Shown: positions 49,896 to 60,687, numbered from the stretch's first letter. The stretch is DNA of 64,000 nucleotides from Sedimentisphaerales bacterium (GCA_963708075.1 OY970194.1:1728001-1792000), one strand, 5' to 3'. Notes: a model not told the origin generated them from the letters alone. Made by a program: numbers and translations.

Positions 49896-52712
49896 TTAGA
49901 GCCTATTCGCTGCGGCCAGGCTGGACTTGAATTCATAGGAGCCGGGCTGCAATTCCAGCGTTAACTGACCAGGCTGAGCGGAAAGTGGCGTCAAGCCCTT
50001 AGCCTGTGTGAGCGGCTGGTTGCTTTCGGTGACGGTCTTTTCATCGGCCGTCGGCAGGTACAGCGTGGCCGTCGTGTTCGGGGGGACGGTGACATTCAGG
50101 GTCAGGAGCCCTTTGCCGTCGATGCTCCAGTTGCTTGTGATTCGGCCGTAGATGCAGTCATGGTGGGCTTTCACCCATTTGAGGGAGGGGTCGTCCACCA
50201 CACCTGGCTTGATGACAAAACGCTTGAAGCCGGGGGTCTGCGGGTCGGTCTTGATGCCGGCCAGGCCCTCGATGAACCAGGTGCCGATGTACAGGTACGA
50301 GCTGTGGCAGAGGGAGTTGTCCATATCCCACGATTCGTACATCGCCGTGGCGCCGCTGCGGAGCATATCACCCCAGCCGGGATAGGTGTCCTTGTTCGCC
50401 ATCGCAAAGAGCAGGTCCTGGCGGTCCAGAGCGAGCAGCGTCTTGTAGAGGAACGCGCCGCCCGTGATGCCGGCGTGGATGTGACCCTTGCGGCGGATCA
50501 CGATTTCCTCTTCGAGCCGCTTCTCCACAGCCGGGCGGATGTCCTGCGGCGGAAGGTTCACGAGAAGCGCGATGGCGAGGTATGCCTGGAAGCCATTGAC
50601 ATAACTGCTCTCGGCCGGGATGAAGAACTCCTGATGCACGGCCTTGCGGACCTCGTCGGCGCGGGCACGGTACTTGTCGCCATCAGCCTTCTTGCCGATC
50701 AGGTCAGCAATCGTCGCGGCCGTCTGAAGGTTGAAGATCCAATAGCAGTTGTTATAGAACAGGGTCTCACGTGTATCCCCGTTGACACCTTTGGCGCCCG
50801 GCCAGAGCCAATCGCCGAGGAAGTCCCACTCACCGCCCCACCGTCGCAGGATGTTGTCCTTGGCTTTGGTTTCGAGGAAGGCCAGCCAGCGCTGGATCGT
50901 CGGGAAGTTGTCTTCGAGGATGCGGGTATCGCCGTAACGCTCGTAGATTTCCCAGGGCAGCGTGATGCAGTAGCCGCTCCAGCCGGGCCCGCCGCCGCCC
51001 CAGTACGTCGGGGCCGTGTAGGGCAGGTTGCCGCTTTCGATGGTGTCCTGGACCGCCGCTTTCTCCGCGGTGCCCCAGGCGGCACTGCCGCCCTGCACGT
51101 CGCGCCAATCCTGGCTCCACTTCGTATAGAACGCCCCGAGACCGTAGTTGTTCAGGCCGCACTCCGTGGTCGCGTGCGCGTCGCCGCCATAGCCCATCCG
51201 CTCGCGGTGCGGGCAATCGACGACGTAGCCGCCGAGGCTGAGATCCTCGAACGTCCACAGGGTTGTGTCATAGATCTTGTTCAGCAGTTCGTTCGAGCAT
51301 TCGAAATCCGCTGCACGGGCGTAGTCGGTCCGCACGAGCCAGGCACGCATGTCCTCCACGGCGGGCTTATATTTGAGTCCCTCGACGGTGACCCATCGGC
51401 CAGTGAAATAGTTGAACCGGTTGCGAAACGTCCCTTTGCCCGAGGGTCCGACGATGTACTGGCTGCGCAGCCGGTGCGTCATATCCGCGCTCGGCCGCTC
51501 AGAGAACTTGAATTCGACCGTGTCGCCGGGCTGCCCGCGCAGGTTCGCTTCGAGCCAGCCGGTGACATTGACGCCGAGGTCCACGCGATAGGTGCCGGGC
51601 TTGACTTCCTCCACCGCCACAGGGCGAATCTCCTTGATCCGCCGATTCGGCTCGATCATCTCGGCGGACAGCGCAAGATTCGGCGAGTAGACGATGGCGG
51701 ACTTCCACCCGGAGTCGTCGAACTCCGCGCCGGCCCAGTTGGGGATTTCTTTGTTGGCATCGTACCGCTCACCGCCGAAGTGCATAAAGTCCCACACGCC
51801 CAGCAGCGTATTCGGGCTGGCGTACGTGCGCCACGTGTCATCCGTCACAATCCGGACTGCCTCGGCGCCGGGCACCCTGATATCCGCCTGGGCCAGGACA
51901 ATCGGCGTCTGCGGCCTGTCGTCCGTCTTATACGGCGGGAAGATCGACCAGGAGACGCCCAGCCACAACGCAATGACATTCCCGCCCTGCTTGAGCTGGT
52001 CGGTGATTTCATACGTGACGTAGCGGGCGCGCTTACGGTGGTTCGTCACCGCCGGGGCCAGCACATCGTCGCCGATGCGTTTGCCATTGACATACAACTC
52101 GTGGTAGCCGACGGAGGCCACATAGACCACCGCCTGCTCCGGCTTAGCCTTCAGATCAAACGTTTTGCGCAGCCAGGGGTCCGGCACTTTGTTGTCCGGC
52201 GGGGGAAAGCCCCTGCCCCGGCTGAAGACATCGCTCGTGCCGATCCACTTGCCCGACCAATCGGATTTCTCCAGCAATCCCATGGTCCACCGGCCCGACT
52301 TGCTCCAGGCCGATGTCCTGCCCCCCTCATCCTTGACTCGTACCTTCCAGTAGCACTCCATCCCCGAGCCGAGCGGCTTGCCGCCATAGACGACGTGGAC
52401 CGACTGGCCCGACGAGGCCATGCCGGAATCCCAGAGATCGCCCTTGTCGCCGTCCAGTAGCGTCTTGGCGCTCGCCACGAGAACCTGATAGCCTGTCTGC
52501 CCCTGGCCACGCGATTGCGGGTCCACGGCAACCAGCTTCCAACTCAGTCGCGGCTGCCGCACGTCGATCCCCAGCGGATCGGCCAGGTACTCGCAGCGCA
52601 CGTCGGCCACGGTCACAGAACATTGTCCGCTCGCCGCACTGGCACAGAGTGTGAGCAGAACGACAAAGCATACCATCCACTGCATAGGTCTGTTGATGCG
52701 AGATGCTCTCAT
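49896..52712 (-). CDS. Alpha-L-rhamnosidase (GH78)
   Basis: CEYLADPLGID..PRLSW, DCPHRERMGYGGDA, LGDW, GATAMYESW, SLCH. Confidence 0.92.
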   Translation of the reverse strand: MRASRINRPMQWMVCFVVLLTLCASAASGQCSVTVADVRCEYLADPLGIDVRQPRLSWKLVAVDPQSRGQGQTGYQVLVASAKTLLDGDKGDLWDSGMASSGQSVHVVYGGKPLGSGMECYWKVRVKDEGGRTSAWSKSGRWTMGLLEKSDWSGKWIGTSDVFSRGRGFPPPDNKVPDPWLRKTFDLKAKPEQAVVYVASVGYHELYVNGKRIGDDVLAPAVTNHRKRARYVTYEITDQLKQGGNVIALWLGVSWSIFPPYKTDDRPQTPIVLAQADIRVPGAEAVRIVTDDTWRTYASPNTLLGVWDFMHFGGERYDANKEIPNWAGAEFDDSGWKSAIVYSPNLALSAEMIEPNRRIKEIRPVAVEEVKPGTYRVDLGVNVTGWLEANLRGQPGDTVEFKFSERPSADMTHRLRSQYIVGPSGKGTFRNRFNYFTGRWVTVEGLKYKPAVEDMRAWLVRTDYARAADFECSNELLNKIYDTTLWTFEDLSLGGYVVDCPHRERMGYGGDAHATTECGLNNYGLGAFYTKWSQDWRDVQGGSAAWGTAEKAAVQDTIESGNLPYTAPTYWGGGGPGWSGYCITLPWEIYERYGDTRILEDNFPTIQRWLAFLETKAKDNILRRWGGEWDFLGDWLWPGAKGVNGDTRETLFYNNCYWIFNLQTAATIADLIGKKADGDKYRARADEVRKAVHQEFFIPAESSYVNGFQAYLAIALLVNLPPQDIRPAVEKRLEEEIVIRRKGHIHAGITGGAFLYKTLLALDRQDLLFAMANKDTYPGWGDMLRSGATAMYESWDMDNSLCHSSYLYIGTWFIEGLAGIKTDPQTPGFKRFVIKPGVVDDPSLKWVKAHHDCIYGRITSNWSIDGKGLLTLNVTVPPNTTATLYLPTADEKTVTESNQPLTQAKGLTPLSAQPGQLTLELQPGSYEFKSSLAAANRL

Positions 52713-52833
52713 GCTGGCCTCCTGAATCGGCTGATCCACGGTCCTCACGGGACCACAGCGCGCACGTCACGCTCGACCTGCGCGGACCCGGATTATAGCC
52801 GCGGTCCATGGCCGATGCTACGCAAAAACAGCC

Positions 52834-53013
52834 TTACGGCCGGCCGGGGTCCGGGCGGGACGTGAGTGGATCACCGGGGGCTTCGCATGTCGGGGTGACG
52901 GAGGGTCGCTTGATGCGGACAACGGCTCCGATGAGGACCACGCCGACCCAGACGCCGCTGGCCATGATCAGACCCGCCGCCACGACCACACCGATCATCA
53001 CAGCCGTTTCCAT
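52834..53013 (-). CDS. Small single-TM membrane protein
   Basis: ATG overlaps the symporter TAA; METAVMIGVVVAAGLIMASGVWVGVVLIGAVVRIK. Confidence 0.55.
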   Translation of the reverse strand: METAVMIGVVVAAGLIMASGVWVGVVLIGAVVRIKRPSVTPTCEAPGDPLTSRPDPGRP

Positions 53014-54400
53014 TACTTGGACTCCATGAACAGAGCACTCAGGAAATGCCCAAGGAGGTACGCCGCCAGGGCTGCCGCCAAAGCCAGGAGAATCGGGGGA
53101 ATCTGCACGGCATCGTGCCAGATGAATTGGAAAGACAGGGCAACCGCCGCACCGGTGACCATAGATAGAATGCCTGCCAGGGGACGCGGCTTCTTGAGCC
53201 AAAGCCCGAGGACTGCCGCAGGTAGGATCGCCGGCGCCCAGACGGTGTAGCAGATCAGCAGGCCCCGTATGATACTGGGGACGGCTACCGCGGCCGCGGC
53301 CGCCAAAGCGGCAATGCCCACGGTGGCTGCGCGGCCGCATATGAGCGAGGCCCGATCCGAAATCTTCACGAACGGCCTGATAACGTCCTCCGTGAACGCC
53401 ACGGCCCCGGCGTTCAGGAGCGAGTCCAGGCTCGACATGATTACGGAGAGCAACGCCACCAGCAGTATCGCATAGCCTGCCGGCGGCGTGACTGTCTTGA
53501 CCAGTGTCAAGAGCACATCGTCCTCGCCGGTCCCGGCAGGGATGATCGCGCGCGCGACGATGCCCAGCGAGATCATGATCGTGAACCATACCATGCTGAA
53601 CAGCCCCGCCAGGACGAAACTGTTCCTCGACGCCCCGGTCGTCTGCGTTGCAAGGGCGCGGTTCGCGTAAGGCGGTATCAGGGTCTCGCCGAGAAGAAAG
53701 GCGGCTATCAGTCCGAGGATCTGCACCCAGGAGGTGGATCGAAAGCCCACTGCCGTCGCTGCTGTCAATTCGTAGCTCAGTGCAGCGGCGCCGTCGCGCA
53801 ACGGCACAAACATGATGAACAGGAGGATCACCGGCATGAGGATGGTGAACAGGGTGAACTGCAGAGCGTCCGTCATCACGCTGGCCCGGAGCCCGCCGAA
53901 GCTCGTGTACAGTGTCGTTGCAATCGCAATCAGGACGATCGCGATCCACTTGGAAATCCCGAAGGCGTCCTGCACCACGACCCCGGCGGCATTCGCCATC
54001 ACGGCGGCAAATCCCATGCAGAGGCCTACGGAGATCACGCCCGCCAGGATCTGGCACGTGCGATTGTACTTCTGGCCGATGGCGTCGCCGAGGGTGTGAC
54101 AACCGCTGAGCGACCGCAGTCGCGGCGCAATGAACAGGCCGACGAGGATGTTCTGGAGGGAGTAGGCAAGGCCGACGAACAGGAACAGCAGGCCGCTCTG
54201 GAAACCCTTGCCCGCAAAGCCGATGGAGAAGCCGGGACCCACATACGCGGCGCAGAGACTGCCGAAGATCAGGGCAAGAGGCAGGGAACGCTTCGCGAGG
54301 GAGAATTCCGCATACTCGCGGGCAGCGCGGCGCGCACGGCGACAATCCCGAGAATGATGAGATACCCAGCAACGAGCGCCACCGATGCAACCACACGCAC
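53013..54400 (-). CDS. Sodium:solute symporter family protein, apparent frameshift near 54320
   Basis: EFSLAKRSLP, SFGGLRASVMTDALQF, VIMSSLDSLL; the first TM (GTG at 54400) is in another frame. Confidence 0.85.
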
Positions 54401-54440
54401 TATCCTATCGACAAATCAGACTGCCCCATCCGTGCACGCA

Positions 54441-55523
54441 CTATTTCTCGTGCCCTTCCTGAAACGTTTCCTCCGCCAACTCGCTGATCACGGTATCCAG
54501 ATCGGCTTCCGTGCGAATCCACCCGAACCGCGCATCGACGAGGAACGTGCGGTACCATTGAATGAGGTTCTTGGCGAAGTCCTCGTCCTTGCAGTAGAGT
54601 CCGAACGAGATCTCGCCCGCGTGGACGCCCGCCTTGCGGGGCATTTGGGGAAAGGCCAGCAGCACGGAGCTGCGAGACAGGAGAAACTCAAGGTCGGAAA
54701 CCGTGCTGTTGTAAATCCGCAGCCGGCCCGATTCGATCGCCTCGGCATATCGGCGGAACAGGTGCCGGGCCGCGTTGGAGAACCCCGGCACACTGAGATT
54801 CATCGCACGATGTACCCGGACATCCGGATACTCCTCGAGGATCGTGTGGAGCTGGCTGAGGTAGTCGTCCATGGGCTGCCGCTCCCCTTCGAACAGCATG
54901 CAGGTCCACAGCTCGCCGTTGCCCGTGGCGTCGAGCTGGTCCTGGAGCATATGCTTGGCGACGTCGTAGGTTTCGCGGCGGTTGCCGAGTACCTTCAACT
55001 GCCGGTCCATCAGGGCGGTGGCCCAGGGCGGCATGTCACTCGGCAGCGACTCGGGCGGGCAGACGCCCAGCCGCGTCATCAGACGCAGGAACTGCTTGTG
55101 CTCTGACCCGTAGAACCGCCGACCGACCACACTGCCAACATTTCCATTACATTCGAGACCGTACCTCTTATGGTAGCCGAACGACAGGCGATGAATCTCG
55201 AAGCCCTGTTCGACAAGCATCTTCTCCAACTCCCCGATCAGATGGACCGCCTGCTTCTCCGGGGCCTTGTCGATGGACAGGTGCACGTTCGGGCATAGCA
55301 CAACGGGCCGTTTGCCCAGGAGCTTCATCAGGGCGCCAAACTCGTTGACGGCGTCCTCCAACTCCTGCCGGGCGTCATATCGCTCGATGCAGACGAACAT
55401 CACGAGCACGTCCTTGAAGGTGACCCGCGGCTGCGCCGGTGAGATGGTGGACGGGTCGATCCGCGTGCTCGGCTCTTTGTCTTCAAAGTAACAGGAAGAA
55501 CACTGGTAACTATCCAGGATCAT
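54441..55523 (-). CDS. Archaeal-type threonyl-tRNA synthetase editing (DTD-like) domain fused to an unknown C-terminal domain
   Basis: VLVMFVCIERYD, VVLCPNVHLS...A, GFEIHRLSFGYHKRYGLECNG match the archaeal ThrRS N-terminal editing domain pattern (VxFxxVExxD, YPFAHLS, PFGYYKxFxxxCxGHP). Confidence 0.72.
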   Translation of the reverse strand: MILDSYQCSSCYFEDKEPSTRIDPSTISPAQPRVTFKDVLVMFVCIERYDARQELEDAVNEFGALMKLLGKRPVVLCPNVHLSIDKAPEKQAVHLIGELEKMLVEQGFEIHRLSFGYHKRYGLECNGNVGSVVGRRFYGSEHKQFLRLMTRLGVCPPESLPSDMPPWATALMDRQLKVLGNRRETYDVAKHMLQDQLDATGNGELWTCMLFEGERQPMDDYLSQLHTILEEYPDVRVHRAMNLSVPGFSNAARHLFRRYAEAIESGRLRIYNSTVSDLEFLLSRSSVLLAFPQMPRKAGVHAGEISFGLYCKDEDFAKNLIQWYRTFLVDARFGWIRTEADLDTVISELAEETFQEGHEK

Positions 55524-55544
55524 ATCGTTACGTCGATTCTCTCC

Positions 55545-55853
55545 CTACTGCTGGTTTACCTGGCTTCGGCTGTGTTCCCGCGTTGACGCCTTCGCCTTCT
55601 TCGAGCGAGAGACAATCGCAGCATCAACGCGGGAGATAAAAAGGCCCACATCCGGCGTCACGACGTTGTCCCCAAACCCCGCGCCGTTCATCAGCCGCAC
55701 CACCTCCGTGGCCTCCCAGAAGTCCGGAGATTCGCTGATGCGCTTGGCCTCCTCGCGAGTCAGCGACTTCAGGAAGGTGGGCAGCCCGCCGTCACGAAGC
55801 GAAGCGGCGTAATCCGCCAGTAGCTCCTGGATTTCTCTGTCTGCGTTCGACAT
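55545..55853 (-). CDS. Small hypothetical protein (candidate anti-sigma factor)
   Basis: AAGGAG RBS; 102 aa MSNADREIQELLADYAASL...; directly downstream of the ECF sigma gene. Confidence 0.6.
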   Translation of the reverse strand: MSNADREIQELLADYAASLRDGGLPTFLKSLTREEAKRISESPDFWEATEVVRLMNGAGFGDNVVTPDVGLFISRVDAAIVSRSKKAKASTREHSRSQVNQQ

Positions 55854-55912
55854 CGGTAACTGCTCCTTTACGACCCGTGCAAACTGCACCAGGCAATCTT
55901 GCGAGAAGGCGA

Positions 55913-56485
55913 TCAGCCTTCTTCGCAGTACTCCTGCAACATTCGCCGCAATTTCAAAACCGTCCGAAATTCCAGCATCTTCACCGCGCCGACCGTCGTT
56001 CCCAACTGGGTGGCGATCGCCCGGTTCGACATCCCGGCCATCCACAGCTCCATCGCCTTGCGCTCCCGGGCCTTGAGCTTGCCGAGCATCCGGTGCAGGA
56101 TCTGCTTGAGCTCGGTCTGCGAGAGCAGGTCGCACAGGCCCAGTTCCGGCGCCACAAGGTTCTGCATATCGTTCGCGGACAGGTACGAGCTGCGATTCAT
56201 CCGCCGGTACACCTCGCGGAGGCGCTTCCGCATGTAGTATAGATACACCGTTCGCAGAAGCTGCCTTTCGCTGTCGATGGCCCGCAGATGGTCCGGGTTT
56301 TCCCAGATATCCGCGTACACATCCTCCAGCACGTCCTCGCACTCGACCTCGTTACCGAGATAGCGATGCAGATGCCGTATGAAGATGCCAAAGGTCGATC
56401 TGACAAAAGGCTCCATCGCCCGACGTCGTGACTCGGCGTCGGTGGATGTGAGCTCCTTCAAAGCGTTTCGCAGCGCTTTATCCAT
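55913..56485 (-). CDS. ECF-type sigma70 factor
   Basis: EDVLEDVYADIW (region 2-like); LKARERKAMELWMAGMSNRAIATQLGTTVGAVK (region 4). Confidence 0.85.
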   Translation of the reverse strand: MDKALRNALKELTSTDAESRRRAMEPFVRSTFGIFIRHLHRYLGNEVECEDVLEDVYADIWENPDHLRAIDSERQLLRTVYLYYMRKRLREVYRRMNRSSYLSANDMQNLVAPELGLCDLLSQTELKQILHRMLGKLKARERKAMELWMAGMSNRAIATQLGTTVGAVKMLEFRTVLKLRRMLQEYCEEG

Positions 56486-56755
56486 ACCGGTTACAGCATT
56501 CCCCGATTCTCACTGATTTTCGGCCTCTCCACCGGCAGGAAGACGGGATCAATCCCGCTGCCGTCTGCGGCGGAAGGTGCGAGGTCCGACCCCGCAAATC
56601 TCCATTCTATCGTAGAGATATGAGGAATTCAACCGGTAAACGCCCATGCCTAATGCCGACAAAAGCATCCTCAGAGACACTTCTGAGGATATGACCGACC
56701 CTCTGTCAGATACGAATCAACCAGATCACGTCGAAACCATCTCCTCACTTGACCC

Positions 56756-57226
56756 TCAGAATCCATATGCCGGCCAGAGCTCCTCTTCCGTCGGCAGATG
56801 GTCGTAGAACTCACCGCGCGTGCCGATGTAGCCAATCCCTTGTCTTCGCAGCCGCACCCGGCTGATCGAGCCGTTGCTATTGGTGATGTCCACCGTCACG
56901 TAATCCATTTCCTGCCGCATGTGGACGCGCTCCGTCGGCGTGTGGCTCTTGTCCTCTTCGTTGCCGATCATGTATCCGGCCGCTCCTCCGATCGCCGCGC
57001 CGAGAATTGTGGCTCCCGCAGTGCCGCCAATCACCTGGCCAAGCCCGGCTCCCGCCAGCACTCCTACCGCCGCCCCGGTTTGCGCGGCGGTTCGGCAACC
57101 TGCCGACATCAGCAAACCGGCCGCCATCCCTGCCAGGACGATAGTCCCGGCTCTGCCCGTCGCTACGCCGGACCTTTCTGTGTCCGAAAATGACTCGACG
57201 GCATCGGATGGCTTAGAGCTCATCAT
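56756..57226 (-). CDS. Glycine-zipper lipoprotein
   Basis: SAGC lipobox; GAAVGVLAGAGLGQVIGG..GAAIGGAAGYMIGN. Confidence 0.85.
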   Translation of the reverse strand: MMSSKPSDAVESFSDTERSGVATGRAGTIVLAGMAAGLLMSAGCRTAAQTGAAVGVLAGAGLGQVIGGTAGATILGAAIGGAAGYMIGNEEDKSHTPTERVHMRQEMDYVTVDITNSNGSISRVRLRRQGIGYIGTRGEFYDHLPTEEELWPAYGF

Positions 57227-60107
57227 CGTCCTCTTTGTTGACCGGTGCTTGCTCGGTGGCCTGCGTCGTGGCGGCGCCTGCGCTCAGTTGCGTGGCCGAG
57301 TCCTTCTTCGAAACGTCCAGCAAATCCTTTGCTCCAGTATCCGGAACCTTTTGAGTATCCGGCGTGCTCTCAAGGGAGGATGCTTCAGGGGCGGTCGATG
57401 ATGGAGTCGCTGTGGCGGGGTCTACCTGGGTCGCCGATGACTCCTGAGCCTTGGCGCCCGGCGCAGCTTGCGACTCGGAGCCGGCCTTATCCTTCGGCCC
57501 GGCTTCCTTCTCGAGTTTGTCCACAAGTCTGAGCAGCACAGCCACCGCCTCGGTGTTCTTCGCATCCTGGCCCGCCTTCTCCAGAGGCTCGCGGGCATAG
57601 CCTGTCTCTCCGGTGCCCAGCAGATGGTAACCGAGCAGGAGCTGCAGGTCGGCGTTGTCGCCGGACTCATCCTGCTTGTTCAGCAGCTCCTCAATCTGTT
57701 TGAACAGCACATCGTCATTGGCATACAGGCCACGAGGATAGAAGACGCCTTCCTTCTCCTTCTCGGGCGGAAGCTTCTTGAGGGCCTCTCTCAGCACCTC
57801 CGCGGCCTTGGAGTACTGCTTGTCGGCAAACAAGGCCTGGGCATATGCGAACGGAAGGATCATGTCTTCCGGCGACAGCTCCTTCGCCGTGGCGAACTTC
57901 TCGGCCGCTGTGGCGTAATCGCCAGACTCGAAGCTCTTGACGCCTTCCTCGAACCTTGTATCCGCCTGTGTCTGCGGCGCCGGCTCCGCCGCTCGCTGTG
58001 CCAGTTTCTCACGGACATCGGCATATCCGCTGTCGTCCGTGCTCTGATAGGTGGTCGCGGAACCATCGTCATTGTAATAGTTGTACGTGTAGTAGTTGTT
58101 CGTCTCTCCCGCGACCTCGGTGGCAACGGGGTAGTATCCGTACCACACGTAGGGATGATAGCCATACCAGTAGTACCGCATATACGGGTAGTCATAGGGC
58201 CAGTATCCACCCAGGCTGATGAACACGTACTTGCGATGGTAGTACGGGTACATATAGTCGAACGAGAAATGCGAACCGAAGTGGTAGCCGATCGTGAAGT
58301 AGTACGACGGCCAAATGACCCGGTGACACAGCCGATGATGCATGTCATAGTAACTATAGAGGTGATGGTAATGATGCGAGATCAGGTCCGGCCGGTCATA
58401 GTACGACGCGTGCAGGTAGGGCCGCCGGTAGCTGTAGTCGAAAGTTGTCGGCCGAAGCGTCCGCTCCGCCAGATTCGTGTCGAGGCTTCTCCTCGCAACC
58501 AGATGGTCGTTCAGCCGGGAGCCGAATTGCTGCCGCCGGGCCGTGGCATCCGCCTGCTGTCTCTGCGGATCCAGAGCCACTTTTCCGCGATCACCCCTCT
58601 GACTGATCACTTCGGCCCTGCGACTGGTTACTCGGTTCTGAAGCTCCGAATTCGTTTGTGCGCCGCGGACGGGTTGAGTCGTCGATAGCGTCGGCATCCG
58701 GGTCTGCGAGCCGGTGGATTCGGCCACCTGGCTCTTCTGCGTCTGCTGACCTGTCCGTCGCGCCTGCATCCGCGAAAGCACTGACTTCCTGTCGGTTGCG
58801 GTCCGCTCCGTGGGACTTGTCGTCGTTTTGGGCGAGACGCCCTGCTCTGTCCCTGCCTTCGGCGCGACGATTTGTCGCGACGACGGCGACGGTGCGGATG
58901 TGGATTTCTCCGCCGGGGCCTTCACCTCACCCGTGGTCGATCCATTCCTCGCACCGACGCGGCCCAGGAGCGACCGTCTGTCGGTCGCACTGCCCTCAGA
59001 TGGAGTCTTTGTCGTCTGAAGCGTGCTCTGCCGCGGCTCCAGACTCTGTTTGGACGTCGTCTTCAGGTCTGCGATTCGTCGCGACTGCTGAGGCTGAGTG
59101 GGCGTGGACGCGGGCTTCTCTGCCACCGGGCTCTGCGATTGCTTCGTTACAGATCCGTTCCTGGTGCTAAGACGGCTCAACAGTGAGCGTCTGTCGCCGC
59201 CGGTGTTTGTGGGCGTGCTCTGAACAACAGGGCCCCGCGATGATGGTGGCGGTGTCACCGTCTTTGGCGCACTGGGCGTACTTGCCGAACCCGACATCGG
59301 TTGCCTCGGCTGCACGGTGCTCTGCTGCCGTGCTGCCATGCGATCCACTACAGAGCTGCGCGTCGTGCCGCTATTCATAGATGTATCCGGCGCGGAGGAT
59401 CGCGGCGTCGCCAGGCTCCGCGTGCTGCCGCTCCGGCTGCCAATCGAGCTGGAAATACTCTGATCAGGCGACCTGGAGAGGCCTCCGGATGAGGACGACT
59501 CACTTCGTGGTGCGCTGAATACGCTTTCCGACCGTGGCTGGCTGGAGGGCGCCCATCTGGTGCTGAAATCCCGTGCCGACTCGCGGCTTGGCGCCGGCGC
59601 GGCAGCCGACGGCGCGGACCTGCTCGAAAACGGGCTCGAACGCATCGTGGCCGGCGGGCTGCTCGGCGTCACCGACGGTCGCGAAGGCGTGATCGAAGGT
59701 GGTGCACTCGGTGTAAACGACGGTCTCGAAGGGGCTATCGAACGCGGCGCACTAGGCGTAAACGATGGCCGCGAAGGAGCCATAGAACGTGGCGCACTGG
59801 GTGTAAACGATGGTCTGGAAGGCGCCGCTGCCGGCGGAGGGCTGAACGATGGTCTGGAGGGGGCCATTGCGGGCGATCTGCCGGAGCTGAACGGGGAGCC
59901 TTGGCTGCGAGATGATCCAAAACTTGGACTTGGGCTCGGACTGGGCCTCACAGCCTCGCGCCTTGCTCCCACACTCTGCAGCGCCGCGCTTCGCTCCGAA
60001 GCGGCCCGTGCCAGACGAGAGCCCGATGACCCGATCAACAGGGCCGCCATGAGCGCCACAGACGTTACGGCTGCTCTGCGGTTTTTTCTCTCACCTGCGA
60101 CAAACAT
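57213..60107 (-). CDS. Secreted protein with Ser/Pro/Arg-rich disordered region, Tyr-rich block and TPR domain
   Basis: Signal peptide; low-complexity repeats; YYWYGYHPYVWYGYY block; FEEGVKSFESGDYATAAEKF TPR. Confidence 0.8.
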   Translation of the reverse strand: MFVAGERKNRRAAVTSVALMAALLIGSSGSRLARAASERSAALQSVGARREAVRPSPSPSPSFGSSRSQGSPFSSGRSPAMAPSRPSFSPPPAAAPSRPSFTPSAPRSMAPSRPSFTPSAPRSIAPSRPSFTPSAPPSITPSRPSVTPSSPPATMRSSPFSSRSAPSAAAPAPSRESARDFSTRWAPSSQPRSESVFSAPRSESSSSGGLSRSPDQSISSSIGSRSGSTRSLATPRSSAPDTSMNSGTTRSSVVDRMAARQQSTVQPRQPMSGSASTPSAPKTVTPPPSSRGPVVQSTPTNTGGDRRSLLSRLSTRNGSVTKQSQSPVAEKPASTPTQPQQSRRIADLKTTSKQSLEPRQSTLQTTKTPSEGSATDRRSLLGRVGARNGSTTGEVKAPAEKSTSAPSPSSRQIVAPKAGTEQGVSPKTTTSPTERTATDRKSVLSRMQARRTGQQTQKSQVAESTGSQTRMPTLSTTQPVRGAQTNSELQNRVTSRRAEVISQRGDRGKVALDPQRQQADATARRQQFGSRLNDHLVARRSLDTNLAERTLRPTTFDYSYRRPYLHASYYDRPDLISHHYHHLYSYYDMHHRLCHRVIWPSYYFTIGYHFGSHFSFDYMYPYYHRKYVFISLGGYWPYDYPYMRYYWYGYHPYVWYGYYPVATEVAGETNNYYTYNYYNDDGSATTYQSTDDSGYADVREKLAQRAAEPAPQTQADTRFEEGVKSFESGDYATAAEKFATAKELSPEDMILPFAYAQALFADKQYSKAAEVLREALKKLPPEKEKEGVFYPRGLYANDDVLFKQIEELLNKQDESGDNADLQLLLGYHLLGTGETGYAREPLEKAGQDAKNTEAVAVLLRLVDKLEKEAGPKDKAGSESQAAPGAKAQESSATQVDPATATPSSTAPEASSLESTPDTQKVPDTGAKDLLDVSKKDSATQLSAGAATTQATEQAPVNKEDDDEL
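59665..59865. repeat. 45-bp coding tandem repeat (APSRPSFTPSAPRSx)
   Basis: Units start at 59665, 59710, 59755 and 59800. Confidence 0.85.
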
Positions 60108-60586
60108 GGTTGTCTCCTTTCCTTCCTCCGACGGCACAAGATTCGGCCAGCCCGTTCTGCCGCCGGCGCCCCACACGTCTTATCGTGGGATTGCGATACA
60201 GGATAATACTTCAAAATACTATAGGCGGCCACTATAAATATACGTGGGAAAAGGGTTTACGGTTTGCAGAAACCTTGTCGAAAGCCCGCAAGCCACCCCT
60301 TTTCACAATCATTACAGCCATCTGCACGCCCCTGACTAACATATCGTCGTGTGCGCTATCTTTTCTACTCTAATAAGGCTCGGCGACTAAGCATGGTAAC
60401 AGGAAAAACGAGGTTTCTTCGACTACCTGCAACTTCCTTTCGGACCATTGGCCACGCATCCAGAACTTGTGCAGGCGGCGGCCCCGACGGGACTTATCAT
60501 GTATCTCGGCGTAGTCAGTCGGGCAGGGGCGAACGGTTCCGTGTGCCCGACGTACCTTTTTGATGGCGTTGGGATAAGATTTTGTC

Positions 60587-60615
60587 TTGACATGGGGGGA
60601 GGCCGCCGGTATTAA
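60587..60615 (+). promoter_or_regulatory. Sigma70 promoter of the rpmF-plsX-fab operon
   Basis: TTGACA-17 bp-TATTAA. Confidence 0.7.
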
Positions 60616-60687
60616 AGGTAGTTTTATACACAGCGTCAGACGAGCACGCTCTGCGAGTGATTAGCAGATGGACTGGAGTACCGAACA

